DNA of 49,478 nucleotides from Gemmatimonadales bacterium (GTDB taxonomy: Bacteria; Gemmatimonadota; Gemmatimonadetes; Gemmatimonadales; GWC2-71-9), in NCBI GenBank assembly GCA_013813435.1, contig JACCRS010000151.1, positions 1 through 49,478 of the forward strand. Direction: 5' to 3'. The number at the start of each line of letters is the position of its first letter. Within the stretch, counting starts at the first letter, position 1. The notes under the pieces are model-generated. The model was not told the DNA's origin. It saw only the letters and a list, made by a program, of their open reading frames with translations, and ran no database searches. The position numbers were made by a program, and so were the translations under genes. Positions 47,847 to 49,478 of the stretch are shown piece after piece.

Positions 47847-48344
47847 TCACGTGAGGGAGCTAGCCGCAAATGTGGATGCATTGACGTTAAAGTTGATGAG
47901 AAGACCGAGCCAGAGATTCTGAAGTCTGAGGTAAGTTAGAAGCTGCGCGGTATGGATGGACGTCAGCTTATCAACGGCTTTCACCTCCACCACTACGCTT
48001 TTGTCGATTAGCAGGTCGAGCTTCACATGGCAGTCCAGACTCTTCCCTTTATAGCTCACCGGGACGCTGACTTGACGCTCTACGCCTACGCCCTTTAACC
48101 ACAACTCCCTGCAGAGCGCCAACTCGTACACCGACTCCAAGAGCCCCGGACCGATAACACGATGCACTTCAATAGCCGCTCCGATGATATCGTGCGACAG
48201 CCCCAGGGCATTCGCCTTCGTGACCCCTCGCTCCGCTCGGGGCGGGCTCTTCGTGCTCTTCGTCCCTTCGTGGTGAAATGTCACACCCAACTTTGGGATC
48301 CATGACGTACCTGCGATAACCGGATTCAGGCATTGATGAGCCAC
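47847..48344 (-). CDS. GxxExxY family protein (PD-(D/E)XK-like)
   Basis: GPGLLESVYELAL (GxxExxY), DLLIDKSVVVEVKAV, TYLRLQNLWLGLLINFN. The N-terminal HHEGTKSTK tag is typical of the family. The true start is probably an internal TTG/GTG near 48290. Confidence 0.7.
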   Translation of the reverse strand: MAHQCLNPVIAGTSWIPKLGVTFHHEGTKSTKSPPRAERGVTKANALGLSHDIIGAAIEVHRVIGPGLLESVYELALCRELWLKGVGVERQVSVPVSYKGKSLDCHVKLDLLIDKSVVVEVKAVDKLTSIHTAQLLTYLRLQNLWLGLLINFNVNASTFAASSLT

Positions 48345-48367
48345 GCGCCGCGACCTGGTTCAACCCG

Positions 48368-49288
48368 TTACGCGCGGGGATGAAACTGCTTGTGGACCGA
48401 GCGCAGATACTCGCGATCGACGTGGGTGTAGATCTGGGTAGTGGATAGGTCGGCATGTCCCAGCATCTCCTGCACGGCCCGAAGATCGGCGCCGCCCTCG
48501 AGCAGATGAGTGGCAAAGCTGTGTCTGAGCGTGTGAGGTGTGACTCGTTTCGTGATCCCGGCTCGCTGAGTTGCCCGGCGGACGATCCCCCACGCACCCA
48601 CACGAGAGAGGGGTTGGCCCCGTGCATTCAGCAGAACCTTGCTCTTGCTCTTGCCGCGGTCGAGTGCAGGACGCATCTGATGGAGGTAGACCGAGGCGGC
48701 GCCGATCAGGCTGCGGCCGATCGGCACCAATCGCTCCTTGCCGCCTTTGCCGAAAACCCGAACCAGGTTCTCGGCGAGGAGGAGGTCGGTCAACGCCAGC
48801 GCACACAGTTCGGAAACGCGAAGTCCGGCTCCGTAAGCGAGCTCCAGCAGGGCACGGTCCCGCCAGGCCAGCGGGTGCTCGAGATTGGGCGCAGCGAGCA
48901 ACGCCTCGACTTCTGGTACGCTGAGCGTGTCGGGAAGCACCCGGCCCCGACGCGGGCTCTCCAGGCGATCGCTGGTATCATTCGCAACCCTTCCCTCCCC
49001 CACGAGATAGCCGAAGTAGGTTCTGATGGCCGATACCGAGCGACGAATCGACGCCGCGCTCAGCCCCAGATCTTTCAGCAGGTAGACAAAGTCGCGCAGG
49101 AGGGTGCGGGTCAGCCGGCTGGGCTCGCGTATCCCGCGAGAGGTGGCAAAATCGCCCAGCCGGCGGAGGTCTCGAAGGTAGGACTCGACGGTGTTGGCAC
49201 TGTGACCGGCTTCGAGCGCGAGAAAGTCGCGAAACCCTTCCAGCCAGAAGTCGTGGTCGATCTGAGCGCGCAGCTCGCGCACACTCAC
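48368..49288 (-). CDS. site-specific tyrosine recombinase, XerC/XerD family
   Basis: AYGAGLRVSEL, HTLRHSFATHLLEGGADLRAVQEMLGHADLSTTQIYTHV (R-H-R-Y catalytic set). Confidence 0.9.
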   Translation of the reverse strand: MSVRELRAQIDHDFWLEGFRDFLALEAGHSANTVESYLRDLRRLGDFATSRGIREPSRLTRTLLRDFVYLLKDLGLSAASIRRSVSAIRTYFGYLVGEGRVANDTSDRLESPRRGRVLPDTLSVPEVEALLAAPNLEHPLAWRDRALLELAYGAGLRVSELCALALTDLLLAENLVRVFGKGGKERLVPIGRSLIGAASVYLHQMRPALDRGKSKSKVLLNARGQPLSRVGAWGIVRRATQRAGITKRVTPHTLRHSFATHLLEGGADLRAVQEMLGHADLSTTQIYTHVDREYLRSVHKQFHPRA

Positions 49289-49476
49289 GTGCGGGCCGGC
49301 GTCTGAAGCCTCCCTCGCACCTCGATGAGATCGCTCTGCGCGATGCCCAGAAGCTCGCCGGCAAGGTGCATCAAGCGCTCCTCATGATGGCCGATGGCGC
49401 CATCACTGAACGCCACGGTCCACATTCGTTCCACGAGAGCGAGCCGCTCGTTCTGGCCGAAACGCTGCCGCAGTCG
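49285..49476 (-). CDS. TerB-like protein, C-terminal fragment (5' end outside window)
   Basis: Own translation of the minus strand: ...RLALVERMWTVAFSDGAIGHHEERLMHLAGELLGIAQSDLIEVRGRLQTPART*. This resembles the TerB-family ADG...E...L pattern. The TGA overlaps the Xer GTG (GTGA). Confidence 0.5.
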   Translation of the reverse strand, partial: RLRQRFGQNERLALVERMWTVAFSDGAIGHHEERLMHLAGELLGIAQSDLIEVRGRLQTPART

Positions 49477-49478
49477 GC

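Overview
This is a GC-rich, densely coding bacterial chromosomal window from an LPS-making (diderm) organism, since Kdo and Lpt genes are present. No rRNA, CRISPR array, transposase or prophage is visible. All family calls rest on motifs read by eye in the supplied translations; no homology search was possible. I support about 48 CDS and 2 tRNAs (Gly-CCC, Arg-CCT).

Plus-strand block, 1-23.5 kb (mostly housekeeping): a methyltransferase ATGA-coupled to bshC, murJ, uvrC, larC, a secreted TPR protein, phhA, tRNA-Gly, a sulfotransferase, an Ig-domain/copper-radical-oxidase lipoprotein, DUF512-der-plsY-gpsA-MerR, surE-pcm, dedA, acyP, apt and tRNA-Arg.

Minus-strand array, 23,670-44,639: 20 genes run unidirectionally, chained by ATGA/TGATG overlaps. 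The order is hypothetical, trpG/pabA, kdsB, pyrG, kdsA, kdsC, lptC, a long lptA-like gene, N-terminally extended lptB, and rpoN. Nine envelope-glycan genes and dapF follow: an ArnC/GtrB-like GT2, 2 x GT4, a FemAB-like tandem GNAT, an LbH acyltransferase, a CE4-like deacetylase, an MprF-TM-type flippase-like protein, a YfhO-like GT-C candidate, a Ppm1-like GT2, then dapF.

Main candidate for an undescribed system: the module at 24.5-34.7 kb. It combines Arn-pathway logic, the two halves of MprF as separate genes, and a CsbB/YfhO-type pair, and it is welded onto the Kdo/Lpt/sigma-54 operon.

Other oddities:
- A 101-nt inverted tandem-octamer repeat that encodes the start of the lptA-like gene.
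- Inverted 15-bp-phased arrays of GGCGGTAGG between phhA and tRNA-Gly.
- A near-consensus sigma-54 promoter motif upstream of the TPR gene.
- A ~135-aa unknown domain fused to LptB.
- A low-GC GxxExxY gene.

Right end of the window: an ABC ATPase plus large exporter permease, a helical lipoprotein, the GxxExxY protein, a Xer-type recombinase and a partial TerB-like gene.
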